From assembly GCA_013239625.1 (NCBI GenBank), contig MU053934.1:8267352-8331351 (forward strand): DNA of 64,000 nucleotides, written 5' to 3'. Position numbers and translations under genes: made by a program. Position 1 is the first letter of the stretch; each line of letters begins with the position of its first letter. This stretch comes from Lama guanicoe (taxonomy: Eukaryota). The notes beneath the pieces were generated by a model, which saw nothing but the letters and a program-made list of their open reading frames with translations, was not told the DNA's origin and did no database searches. This document shows positions 36,602 to 48,849 of the stretch, piece after piece.

Positions 36602-36974
36602 GAATAAAAAGCTGACATCACTACAGACCTTACCAACATTAAAAAAGGATATTATGAGCACCTCTTTGGGCAGTAAATGTAAAATTTCATTTGAGATAGA
36701 CAAACTCCTAGAAAAACAAAACCAACCAAGAAGAAATAAAAAGTTTGAATAGTCCTATATTGACGAAAGAATTTTATCTGTAATTTAAAACCTTCTCACA
36801 AGGAACTCTCCAGGCCCACGCGGCTTTGGGGACGAATGCGTCCAAACATTTAAGGAAGAAATAACATCAATCACATGCAAGTTATGCACAGAATTTAAAA
36901 AGAGGGATATCTTCCTACCTGTTTTAGAGGCAAAGCAGACCCTTTGTGCTTAGGAATAAGAACTTCACAAGAAA

Positions 36975-37491
36975 GGGGGCAGGATGTATTTTCTAAAGGC
37001 AGGCACACCAATGTTTGCCCCATCTTTGCAATGGGGTTGACCCTCTTCTCACGTCCTCTGAGTCTGGGAGGAGTCTGGTTGCTTCCTGGACCAGAGGAGA
37101 GCTGCAGAAGTGACGTTGCACGACGTCTCAGGCTAGGTCTGCAAAGCATGAAAGAATGCCGCACACGCCTCACTGCCTCTCTCACTCTCTTTCTATCTCC
37201 TTCTCTCCCTCCTGGGACATTTGCTTTTGGACTCCAGCCGCCATGTTGTGAGGAAGCCCAAGGCAGGGCCCCAGGCAACAGTCGTCATGTAAGTGACCAA
37301 GACTTCATAGGAATCCTGCCCCCAGCCTTCAAGTCTTCCGGCTGAGGCCCCAGACTTTGTGGAGCAGAGGCAAGCCCCCTGCTATGCCCCGTCTGAACTC
37401 CTGGCTCACAGAACCCATCAGAGATAAGATTAATGTTTTAAGCCAGCATATTTTGTTTCAAGTGTTTATGCAGCAATACGTAACTAACACA
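36975..37491 (+). mobile_element. MaLR solo LTR (MLT1G/H-like) inserted in L1 ORF2
   Basis: gcagaagtgacgttgcacgacgtctcaggctaggtc ... cagccgccatgttgtgaggaagccca ... ctgaggccccagactttgtggagcagaggcaagcc ... tatgcagcaatacgtaactaacaca. Confidence 0.8.
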
Positions 37492-38679
37492 AAAGAAAAG
37501 CAATGAAAGGTCAAAAATTAAAGATGCAAATATCTTCAATAAAATATCAGCAAGACAGACTCTGGTCATATACACACAGCGCAGCACATCATGCTCAGGG
37601 CGGGGTTACTGGGGGGTGCAGGGCTGATTTGAGGTCACAGTCAGTCTGCGAAATTCACATTAGAAAAATGTAATACATAATCACATGTTTATCTCAGTAG
37701 ATGTAGAGATAACATTTGATAAAATTCAACATGTATTCATGACTTAAAAAAGTGTTTAGCCATCTAGGAATAGAGGGCACTTCTTCAATCAGATACAAGG
37801 TATCCATAGAACTTCCAGCAAACACCATCCTTAGTGGTGAGAGATTGAAAACATCCCCTTGAGGTCAGGACCAAGTTGGGGTACCCACCATCACTACATC
37901 TGTTCATGGTTAAGCCAGCACAAGAAGAAGAAAAAGTATAGGGACTGGGGGGAGGGGGTACTGTTAGCATATATCAACGAAACGATTGATTATGACAGCT
38001 AATCCAGAAGAATGTACAGAGAAGCTACTAGAACTCATACATTTAGCAAGGTTTCTGGATACAAGGTCAATATGACCAAATCAATTGTTTTTCTCCATAG
38101 CATTCATTAGTAATTAGGAAACATTTTACGAGATCATTTACAGTAACGTCAAAAACACAAAGCACCCAAGAAGAAGTTTAATGAAAGAGGTATAAGTCGT
38201 CTGCATGGAAAATCAGAACATTACTGAGAGAAATCAAATAAGATCTTTAAAAAGGTGGAGAGACAGGTCATATTCATGGATGAGAAGACTCAATGTTGCG
38301 AGGATTTGAAATCGATGCAGACTGATGTGTACATAGAATGCCGTCCTCAATCCAGATCCCAGTAGGCTTGCGTGTGTGCGCAGCGGGGGTTGGAGGGATG
38401 GACTGATAAACTGATCCTAATATTTATATGGAAACCAAAATGGTCTACAGTATTCAAGACAATCTCAAGAAAGAAGAAGAAGATTGGAATGCGTGGAACC
38501 AGATTTAAGACATGCATTTGAGCAAAGGTGAGGATGTGTATGAGAGCATGAAAGGTAGCTGTCTCGTTGGGGGTGGGGGTGTCAGCATGACGCCCTGAGC
38601 AAAACGAGCTCAGAAAGTGGCAGGTGTGGGGGCAAGAGCAGGGTAGGATGAAAAGGGCACCCGCTGTTAGCTGGGCACC

Positions 38680-38845
38680 ATGCTGAGCTCGCAACCGCCC
38701 TCTCTTTGAATCCCCAGTGCAGCGCTGCCGAGAGGGTGTTACTTCCCCATTTGACAGATCAGTAAACTGAGGCCCAGAGAGATGCAATCACCTCTTGCCC
38801 CAAATCACACACAGCCACGAATTCAAACATAGATCCAACTCTGTA
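38680..38845 (-). mobile_element. MIR fragment
   Basis: ccccatttgacagatcagtaaactgaggcccagagagatgcaatcacctcttgccccaaatcacacacagc. Confidence 0.75.
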
Positions 38846-38995
38846 AACGGTGCTTCCGCTAACGGAAGAGAGTAGGGGAGTGAGCAGGGGGGCCACATGG
38901 ACGGCTCTGTGTCCTGGCAACGCTGGGCCCCCCAGTGCGGCGTGTAAGGCATCTCCAGGGCGGGGCTGCAGCTTCTGCAGTCCCTACCGGTGGAT

Positions 38996-39026
38996 CCCGC
39001 ACAGCCCGCACAGCCCGCACAGCCCG
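38996..39026. repeat. 9-bp tandem repeat (CCCGCACAG)x3
   Basis: cccgcacag cccgcacag cccgcacag cccg. Confidence 0.9.
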
Positions 39027-40044
39027 GATGTTCTCTGCTTACAAACAATGCTGTTTCTGGGGTGGCCTGGGAGGGGAGGGGGCACGGGGCCCATGGCAAA
39101 GCCGCAGCCTTAAGAGCCGGTGAGTGAATTGGCTACTCTTCCAGCTGAAACTTGGCCAGCGCTCAAAGATGCAAAGTAAAGATTATTCTCAGCAAATTGG
39201 GTGCATTCGTTACACACCCAGCCAATTCCGATCATGCCAGAAGAACACTAACAAATGTCAGATCCAAACAGTTTTCTCTCCTTCTGTGCCTTAGGCTCGC
39301 GCGGGGCCCTAGGAGGAATGTGGCCCCAGAGCCCTGGGGATAAAAGAGTGGCTGTTGATCTGGGAACGACGGGGGGGGGGGACACCTCCAGGACCCTGGC
39401 CAGCACTGGGAATTGGGGTTAGCAGCGGGAGGGCTGGGCCGACCCCATCCTTGTCCTGCCTTAATGTGTCCCCTGGCAAGGCAGGCCTCACTTCCCTCTT
39501 CTGTGAAATGGGCACATCACCCACCACCCCGGACCGTTGATAAGGAAGTGGAAGACGGCTCCCTCCCGGTGCCTCCACACAGCAGGTGAGCGGTAAATAG
39601 CGACTCAGCCCGCAGGGACTGTCGGGGGCTGTGCACCGGGAGCTGCTGACTCAAGTCAAGGGCTGGGCGTGGGACCCCGAGCCCTCCTGTCACCTCTGAC
39701 CCATGTGCGCTGGACTCTGGCGAGCAGAGCAAAGGACCTCTGAACTCTGTAAGTCCTCGGGGACCAAAGGGTCCCAGCACCGCACAGGCCCTGCGCGGAG
39801 CCTCTGGGCTCTTTTTAGTAAACATCTGGCCTGGTGACAGGCACTGGACTAGGGGAATTCGGCTCTGCAGAGAAAGGTGTTGACATCAAGAGGGCCAGTT
39901 ATCTGTATATCCCAGGAACCAGGAGTGGGAGCCGGTGCCGCGGGAGGGGGCACTGCTCCCCAGTCAGAGGCCCCTCTCAGGGACCAAAAGACCCTATGGC
40001 TTCCTGGTAACAAGTAAGCGACAGCAGCTCCCTCTGGTCCTCCC

Positions 40045-40230
40045 ACTTAGGGAGCTGTGTGGCCTTGGGCAAGTATCTCAACCTCTCTGAGTCTCAGTGT
40101 CCTGAGCAGTAAAACGGCATCAATACAGTGTGTTCTGCATAGAGTAGCGCAAGGATTGCAGGAGTCTATATGTGTGAACTGATTAAAGCAAGGAGTGGGG
40201 CCTGTAAATGATGATTGTTGTTATCATTGT
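40045..40230 (+). mobile_element. MIR fragment
   Basis: gctgtgtggccttgggcaagtatctcaacctctctgagtctcagtgtcct. Confidence 0.8.
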
Positions 40231-41219
40231 GTCTTCCTGGCAGGGACCGTGGTGGGGAGGGGGAGGAGGGGGCAAGGACCAGAGGAGACAGGGGTCTGGA
40301 GCAGTGGAATCCAGGTGGCCCCATCATTTCACTCCCTCTCATACCCCCGAGGTATGCAAGCCTTGTTGCTGGATGTGGGGGTGGGTCTCCTGCGTCAGGG
40401 GGTGCCCCCTCCCTCTAGGTGAGAGGTGGTTGGTGCGAAGGATGAGCCCACAGGCACCTGTACCTCAGTTCCTCCTCCTGAGAACTGGGTGATGACGGCA
40501 GCCCCCACCCCGCAGGGTGGCTGAGAGGACCTCCTGAGCTCCTGGTTGCAGAGCCGGGGCAGAGTCCTGCCACACAGGGACACCGGCTAGGGTTACTGTC
40601 ACACGCTCGAGGGCCAGGATGGGCAGCTCAGACCTCACCGCTGGGCGCTCCCTTGCTGCCACTGGCGGTGCAGCCAGGAGGCTGGGGTAGGGGAGCAGAC
40701 GCTGGCTCAGAGGCATTAGTCTTGTTCCCGGATCTCAATTATCATTCCTAGACCACAGGGTGGCTTTATGGAGTGGAAAAAATCCATTAAGGTTTTTAAA
40801 GCAAAGCTCAAGACATAATCACCTCATTGTCAGGGTCCTTAGTGGCGGCAGCACCCTCCCCCACCCTCCGCCCCCCATCCTCCTGCCTGGCTCCAGTGGG
40901 GGCTGTGCCTCCCGGGGAGGGGTGGGCTGGGCAGCAGGTGAGCCATGGCCACACTCCCAGCGGCCCAGATGACTGCCGGGGATGCCCTTTCCAGAGCTTT
41001 CAGCCACACGTTGCTCTGGCCTCTCCTGGCTCATCCATCCCCCGCCATGGTGACCTTTAAAAGTCCAAGTCTGCTCTTGTCATTCTTCTGCCTAAAATCT
41101 CCAAAGGCTCCCCATTGCCCTCCTGATAGTGTCTGGACCTTCCTAGATGTGGATCCAGTGCCAACCGTGGGTGTCTGCCCGACCCCCAGGCTGAGTGCCA
41201 GGCCCTCACCAGGGCAGCT

Positions 41220-41400
41220 TTGGGCTAAAACCCAGCTCTGTCAGCTTCTAGCAGGTCACCTAACCCCCTAGGGTTAGGTGTCTAGTGTCCTCACCCCTAA
41301 ATGGTGCAAAATAACAGCTGCCCGAGGGGTTGCTGAGAAAATGATGGGATATCACTGAGAGAGTTCAGCTTGGTTCCAGCCACGGGCTAAACGTCGGCGC
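41220..41400 (+). mobile_element. MIR fragment
   Basis: cccagctctg ... gcaggtcacctaacc ... agtgtcctcacccctaaatgg ... ggggttgctgaga. Confidence 0.55.
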
Positions 41401-42499
41401 CTTTACCACATCTCCTCCTGCCCACCCCCCCCACCCCTCTCGCAGCTCAGCCTTGCGGTGCCCTGGTCCCTGTGCCTCATTCCTGGCCTGCCTGGCTTAC
41501 AAGGCTCCGTTCAGGGTGCCTTCTCCAGGAAGCCCTCCCTGATTACCCAGCATAGCCCTGGGCTTCCCTGTCACAGAATGGGGGGAGCACATGACATGAA
41601 GCAGAAGATGAGCCCCTTGAGGACAGGGCCCATGTCTGGGTCCCCAGCACAGGACAGAGGCCCAGACACGGAGGGGTGTCACCGGATGCTGGTTGATCTG
41701 AAATGGCATCTGGATGCTTTTAAAGTAGCTCTAAGCATGTTCAAATCCTCAAAGGGCCAGTCACCTCCTTCCTGCCTCAGGCCTTGGCTGGCTCGTCCCC
41801 TCTCCCTTCCCTTCTGCCTGTAGACATTATCCCTGGGTTTAAAGACCAACCAAAGCTGCCTCCTCCATGAAGCCTCCCGGATTCCCTCTCCCTTGTGCTC
41901 AGAGTTGTCCTTCCTCCTTTGCCCCCTTGGCCCTCTGCCTCCTGCCCCAGCCCTGAGCATGAGCGTTCGCCCACAGAGTAGCTGGTGGGGCGCGTTGTCC
42001 TGAAGGGAGGGAGGGAGGAAGCAGACCGAAAGCCAGGGCACCCCGCGCAGCTCACTCCAGGCACCTTCAGGATGTCACAGGCAGACTCGGAGGCAAGGGA
42101 CTTGCTCAAGGTCACACAGGGAGGAGCAGGGCAGCCAGGATTTGCCCGGCCCTGCCGGCTTCCCCGAGGTCCCGTCCTCACTGGCCTGCCCCTGCTCCTC
42201 CAGGCCAGTACACAGGGCTGGCTCTGGAGAGCAGCCCCAGCGACTCTCAGGAGATATAAAATGCAACTGCCTTGAATTAACTGGGAGGGAATCCACTTCC
42301 TTGCTAATTGCCCTAATTCCCGTATTTACAAACTGCTGATTTCCCCGGGCTCCCATCTGATTCATGCGGAAGAGCGTTAAAACCACTGATTTCCAGTTTC
42401 CGCTAAGTTCCCACTGGGGCAGTGTCTCTGACAGGTCAGGTGTGAAGTGGGCAGAAAGGTGAGGAAAGTCAGCCACAAGGCGTTGGAGACTTCCGGGAG

Positions 42500-42920
42500 C
42501 TTCCAGAACCCTGGGACGGCAGAGAGCAGGACTTGAAGAAGAGCCAGGAGGTCAGAGTGGCTGGATCCTGGCTGGGGTTGTGGGGAAGGGTCCTGAGATG
42601 AAGAGGGGGGCCAGTGCAGGGATCATACAGGCCCAGGCCCTGGTGAGTGTTGAGACATTATCCTGAGTGCAACAGAGGCCTCCGTTCGAGCCGCTCCGGG
42701 AGAAGAAGTTACCTGATGCCAACAATTTCTCAAAGAGCCCTTGGACGGTGTGAGAGGCCCTTGGGGGTCAAGGGAAAGCAGGGAGCCCACTGAGAAGAGC
42801 GAGGGGAAGCAGGTGAGAGGTGAGCAACCAGAGAGTGTGTCCTGGCCTAGCAGTGGGCCACGGGGATGTGACCTGAAGGTAGGATGGCAGGACCTGGTGA
42901 TGATTTGGGGGCTGCAGGGA
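42500..42920 (-). mobile_element. L2 fragment
   Basis: ggatcatacaggcc ... gagacattatcctgagtgcaacagag ... ttgaaggtagga-like reverse L2 motifs. Confidence 0.5.
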
Positions 42921-44639
42921 GAGGCAGCTGGGGAGGACGGGGGAGAGTCACCCCTGCCAAGGGAGGGCCCTCAGCTGAGCCTGCTGGGGACCCTGCGGGG
43001 GTCACAGGGACGAACTGCACTCAGGAAGGCCCGTCCACCCCCGGATCTCAGTGGAGCCCCAGAGCCCCTCCCAGTAGCGTGGCAGAGTGGGAGCCACCTG
43101 GAGGGGTGTCTCATGACAACACTAGGTGCTTTCCTGGTGCTCAGCCAACCCTCGCTTCTAGGATCTTGCACTGTTCTGAGAGGGGCCTGACATCACACCG
43201 TTTCTCAGATGAGGGCCTTGGGGGCCAGCAGGAGACCGGACCTGCCCAAATCCCATAGCTGTAAGTGGCCGTGACCCTGCCACCCCTCCCTGTCCTGCGC
43301 CTTCTGTTCTAAGAGCTGGGGTGCTTGCCCCCACCTTCCTCTGCGCCTAGCGTGAGGATGCAGCGGGTCGTGTGAGGAAGAGGGCCGTGTAAACCAGGAC
43401 AAGCATCTCCGTCACGGACTGAATAGCTGTGATCAGGGACTTCTCATGGCTGCCCTGTCTCTGGGCTCAGACCAGGAGAGCAGTGGGAACTCCCGGCAGA
43501 TGCCCAGGAGCGCCTGGGTGGTTCTGGCGTTGTACACGAGCGTGCACGTGCATGTGTGTGTGTTTAACCTGTTGTCAGGGTCATGGGGCGACGCTCTCGT
43601 TTGCCTGGATCTCTGGGCTGGGCAGGTAATAACCTGCGTAGGGGTTCCTGGATGCTTCCTCCCACTGCCCCTCCCCTGAGGGCAGGACCTCTGCTGGCCT
43701 GGGAGGGAAGTGGTCCTGGGAAGAGGTGTGGGCCGGGCTTCCCCAGGCCAGGCTCCTGTTCCAGCTCAGCTGATGGCTGTGTAACCTCAATGAGGATGTG
43801 AGGCCCAGGGCACCTGTCCTGTGACCTGTGAACCTCTGCACCGGGGCAGAGGGCGCCGTGGTCAATGCAGATGTCGTCATTACAGCCCAGGAGGGTGGGC
43901 TGCTCCCCTCAGGGGTCACTGAGCCTCACTTGTGCAGGTGGCTCCTAGCAGTGACCTCCCCTCCCCTAGGAGGCCGACCTGCCCTCAGCCTTGGGGGACA
44001 AGGGTGAGTAGGGATGGGACCCTGCCCCTGTGTGCTGTGGGCGGCATTGAGTTTAATGCAAACGAAGCCTCAGGCACTCCAGCCAGTGCCGCTCAGCTGG
44101 CCCACAGGGAGAGCCCTCGGGGCGGGGGTGGGGGATGTGGAAAACAGCCACAGGCAGCTGGAGGGGTGCAGACCACATACTCACCAGTAAGGAGCACACC
44201 CTGAGGACTCCCAGGGCAGGTGCGTGTGTGTCCGGTGTGTGTGTGTGGGGGGAGGGATGCGTGCAAGCGTGTGGTGCGCATGTGCACGGGGGCGGGCCTG
44301 GGGAGGCGGGCAGGAGGTAGGAGGGGCCAAGTGGGTTCTCATCACCACTTCCCACACACTAGCCACACCCGAGGCTGAACCACCACAACCTCCAGTTTGG
44401 TTCCCTGCTTCCCCAAATCCCCTTTGAGACCCACCAGCACCTTCCCAGAGGATAAACACCCAAATCTGCCACAGATTTATAATGCACTATCTGAACTGGG
44501 ACTTTACTCTTGGATGTAAAAGAGAGAGATGTTAATAAACTCAGGATTACAGGAATGGGCCTCTCCAGAGCCACCCTGGACATGTGGTGGCCCTCATGCT
44601 AAGCCCTTATGTGAGGCTTGGTGGAGACTGGCCACTGCT

Positions 44640-44975
44640 CACCTCTCCAGCCACATCACACATCCTGCCCCACTCTGTTTTCTGAGCTTTTAGCTTCCTG
44701 GACACTTTAGGTTCCTTTGCACCCCAGGACCTTTGCACGTGCCATTCCCTCTGTCTAGAATGCTCTTCCTCCCTCTTTCCCTCCTCTCCTGTTAAGTCCT
44801 GTCCATCCTTTAGATCGCACCTCAGAAAAGCCCCCCTCCCTCCCTGGTGAGCAGTTACCTGCTTTGTAGCTGCTCACTGCCCTGGACAGCTAACATCTGC
44901 CCCCTGCACTGGGCCATAAGCCCAGGGCAAGTGCCTGCGTGGGGCACTGACAGCTACACAGTAGGTGCTAAACTT
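44640..44975 (+). mobile_element. L2 3' fragment
   Basis: ccccaggacctttgcacgtgccattccctctgtctagaatgctcttcctcc ... acacagtaggtgcta. Confidence 0.7.
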
Positions 44976-45734
44976 CCCCACCCAGAAAGGCACCAGAGCT
45001 GGGCTTTGATACTCACTTGCTGCCTGGTGCTAACAGAACCCCCCAGGTGATGCTGCCACCCCATGAAGCTCAGAGAGCTGCGGGCACTTCCTGGAGTTCA
45101 CCTTGTGGGTAAGCGGCAGCCGTGGGACTCAAACCCATTTCTTTTCGGAGGATGGTTTCCACCAGGGAGCGGGAAAAGCCCAGGCTGGGGAGGGGCCCAG
45201 CACCGGCCAGCACGAAGCCGCAGCCCTCCTCTCACGGCCGTGGGTGGGGAAGGCAGGTGGCCCCGCACCCCCAGTGCGGGAGGACATCCCCAGCCGGCCC
45301 GCACACTTCGGAAAGAGACCAGCGCGGCAAAGCTGGATGCCTTCCTGTCAGATGGCCTTCACAGGGAGTCGGAGCCCACCTGTGCCTGGAGGACAGTGAT
45401 GGGGAAGCCCCTCAGGAGGGGGCTCTATCTAAGGAGGAACTTTCTGGAAGGCAGAGCTGTCCTCCACAAGAACAGCCTGCCTGAGTAGATGGTGAGGTGT
45501 GTGACTTCTGCCTGATGTGCACATGGGGTGGGGGACAGGCTAAGCTCAGAGCTGCCTGCAGCCTTGAGACATCAGGAACGCAGGGGCCACATGCCGGCAT
45601 CGCCATGACTCTGCTGTTTCCTCTTGCCCTGACCTCAGGTGGCAACCGCTGGGGTCTTGTGTCTGTGGCCACTCTGGGGTCTCCTCGAGGGGCGGTCTCC
45701 ACTGCCCAGCAAAGTTTTCGGAGTCAGCAGCTCC

Positions 45735-46300
45735 TCACTGGGCACCTATTGTGAGCCAGTCCCTGGGGCCGCAGAAGTGGGTGAACCGGGGAACCCCAAT
45801 CGGTCTGGGGAGACAAGCACAAAGCACGGTTGAGCATAGATTAGCTGGAGCCTGGGGAGGAGAGGGACCTGCAGGCGGCCACGGGACCCTCGAGGAGTGG
45901 ACGGGTGGCCGTGGGGGTGGCCGGGGAACTGGGAGGTGCTTCCCAGGGAAACGGAGGCAGGAGGTGAGTATTAAAAGTCAAGCAGGAGTTGACCAGGGGA
46001 ACGAGGGAGGGAGGGAGTCCGGGTGGAGGAAGCAGGGCGGGCAAGGGCACGGAGGGGTGGACATCCGGGTGGCTGAGGCCTGGACACGGGATCATGTTCA
46101 GGGAGTGGCTGCTGAGGTCAGCGGGAGGGGGCGTGGGCTGGGGGAGCAGAGCAGATGGGCCCTTGCAGGAGTGTGGGTTTTAACCCCGGGGATGGTGAGG
46201 AGCCATGGAAGAGTTTTCAGCAGAAGGGAAGGACTTGGGCCGAAGTGGGTCTCGGGAAGTTTGGTCCAGCCCCCGTGAGGAGGCCCGGAGCTGGCATCTG
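45735..46300 (-). mobile_element. L2 fragment
   Basis: ctgggcacctattgtgagccag ... ggagccatggaagagttttcagcagaag. Confidence 0.55.
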
Positions 46301-46889
46301 GCAGGGGGGGCTTTGTTAGAGCCTGAGCAGCCTTTCCGAGAAGGAGAAGGATGGACAGAGGTGGTTGGGAGGGGGATGTGCGGACAGCATCTGGGAAAGG
46401 CAGGCGGGCTCCGCGCCCCCCTCCGCTGTCTGCAACGCACTGGGGAGGGCCGGGTGGTTGTGAGAATTCGGCCTCCCCCCACCCCCAGGCCATTTGAAAG
46501 TATTCTCGCCAGAGAACAGAACAGTCAAAGGAAGAATTCACAGTCATTCCCCGTCCCCTCCGCCCAGATTAGCTGCCAGGAGTGTAATGATTTTCATTAA
46601 TGCAGTCAGCTTCCCTCCAACTTGATTATAATGCCTCCAGCCCACAGTCCCCTCTGTGGAGGGGTGCTGAGTAGAAGGTACATGAATCAAATCAACTGAT
46701 CACATCCGAATGCTGATGGCCTGAACCTGGAGCCCACGGCCAATGGGAGAGGCCAGAAGGGGTGGCCGGCCACCCTCCCTCCCCCTCTCTCTCCGGGGCA
46801 AGGCATCCATATGGATGGCAGAATTGATGAATGCTGATGTGGCCCTGATGAGCCGCCTCCCTGCAGTCGCCTGCCTCCCGGTCACAAGC

Positions 46890-47045
46890 TCTGTTCTCAT
46901 TTATCACCTGTTGGGCCCTCACAATAGCTTCTGGTGGCAGGAATACTGTTTGCATTTTCAGACAGACAAGAGCTGTGGCTCAGAGAAGTCCAGTCACTTC
47001 CTGAAGGTCGCACAGCATGTTGAAAGTCAGTTTTAAAGCAGATTC
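46890..47045 (-). mobile_element. MIR fragment
   Basis: ctgtggctcagagaagtccagtcacttcctgaaggtcgcacagc. Confidence 0.7.
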
Positions 47046-48849
47046 TAGTGATTCTTGGCCAATCTTCTCTTTCCCCTACATCCTGGTTGTTCCCCTGGGA
47101 CACAAGGTGGGTAGAGGTAGGCACTGGAAGGAAGAAAGAGGCAGAGAAAGGGAAACAAGGGGAAATGGGAGTCCGGCTTCCAGGTCTGGCCACCCCAGAG
47201 CCCTCAGTGCCAGCTGACACTGGCCTGGGCTCCTGCAGGTGACATTCCTGTCACCCTTCCCTCTATGCACAAAGTGATTTTTAAGATGCAGACTTGATTG
47301 TGTCACTCGGGCCTCTGAAAGCCAAGCCCCAGCCTCAGCCCCTTCCTCTCCTCCACCTGAGCTCCGTTCCAGCTACTCCAGCTGTTTGCCATTTCCCCAA
47401 ACCCAGTCTTTGTGGGCCCCCTTCCTAGCCTCTCAAGCCCCTTGGACAGCTGCCCCCAGGTGGCTCCAGGCAGCCCCCTTTCCCTTTTGTGGGTCTCAGG
47501 CACCAGTAAATGGTCTTTTCGAGATGTCAGTTACATAGAGTTTTTCCACTGATGGAGTTGAAGGCTGACAGGTGGGCCTGGTGGCACTGCCACCTGCCTG
47601 CCCCTGTGAGCACGGTGTCTGTCCTCGTCTGAAGGTGGGTGGGAAGAGCGCCGGACCTGGGGGTTTGGAGGAACTCGGGCAGAGGCACGGGCACTGCTCA
47701 GGGCGACTGGCCGGTACTTCCTGCCTGCCCTCTGGTCCCTCTGGGTAATTTTCCATGAGACCTTGGTTGTCCCCTTGCAGACTCACTGATGACAGTGAGA
47801 ACAGGGATGTTCCTGCTGGTCCAGAGGCACGTCCTGAGCCCCAGGTGCTGCAGGAGCGGAGAAGCCGGGCAAGCTGGCCCGAGCCATGTGCCTTTGGGGC
47901 CCTCACCGTTCTGGGCAGGAGACGCATCGGGGCCTCGGGAACAGGCGCTGTGGGGCAGCACACTTCATCCCAAGGCGGGGGCAGCAGGAGGCTCCCCAAA
48001 CTCTGCCCAGGACAGGGTCCCAGAAAGTAAACTAGCACGGAGGCAATGCCTCACCCCGGCCAGGGGTTCCAGGCTGGGAAACGGCAATAACGCAGCGGGC
48101 AGGCCACCATCTGACCACTGTCCAGAAGACAAACAAACCCGTTGTCTCCCCGGCCCGCATCCCCCCCGGCCCAGTCCAGGGAGTGGGTGAACCCCCATGC
48201 TCGACAGATGACTGGGTGACAGGCACCTGGGTCCTTCCAATTAAGCTGGGGAGAAAAGCAAGCCCTTAATATTCACTTTGGGGGAAAGAAACAAAACCCT
48301 CGTCAATCCACTTGCCAGGAAAAGTAGCCAAGTCACGCTGTTCGGGCAGGCTTCCTGCCCAACTCGGCACACGGGGCTCCGGGACCTCGCCCTCCGCGTC
48401 CTGGGCTGCTAAGAGCCCAACACGTGCAGGTGGAGAGGATGAACGCCGAGCGGGGCTGGCACGGGAGGAAGGGACCTGCAGATGGCTCCCCTGAGGGTTA
48501 GAAGCCTCAGGCTGGAGAGACTGGAGGACAGTGAAGCCCAGCCAGGTTGAGGAGAAGCCTGCGTCTCCCTGGTGAGAGAACGAAGGCTGGGGCTGTCAGG
48601 CTGCGGTAGTCGGGGCACATTTAGAATGAGGGGGGCTCATCTGGTCTTCCTCTCTCTTATTAACCAGAGTTGCTGGTGACTGTGACCTTTGACCGTCCTC
48701 CCCTCCCCCAATCCAGGAGCAGAGTCCCTGGGCGGGTCCTGCCTGGGTGCTGAGTGATGGGAGGGAAGAAAGGCAGGAGAGAGCGGGCGAATATTCAGAA
48801 CGCTGAAGAGCTCTGACATTCACAGAAACAGCCCAACAGCCCCGTTAAT

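Larger units (their letters stand above)
33590..38560 (+). mobile_element. Old, decayed LINE-1 (L1M-type) with 5' region, ORF1, endonuclease and RT relics; interrupted by younger insertions
   Basis: Abrupt switch to A-rich sequence. ORF1 relic (gaattttccaaatttgatgaa, ENFPNL-like, near 34665). Endonuclease relic (atcaggcaaagtagacttcaaggcaaaa, near 35620). RT relics (atctcagtagatgtagagataacatttgataaaattcaacat, ISIDAEKAFDKIQH-like, near 37690; tcaggaccaagttggggtacccaccatcact, GTRQGCPLS-like, near 37865). Full of stops and frameshifts. Confidence 0.9.

Noticed and set aside
34500..38560. Functional L1 ORF1/ORF2 or a domesticated reverse transcriptase
   Set aside because: Many stops, frameshifts and nested insertions; no plus-strand ORF covers the domains.
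47432..47453. REST/NRSE site (tcaagccccttggacagctgc)
   Set aside because: Right half-site matches, but the left half lacks the core CAGCACC.
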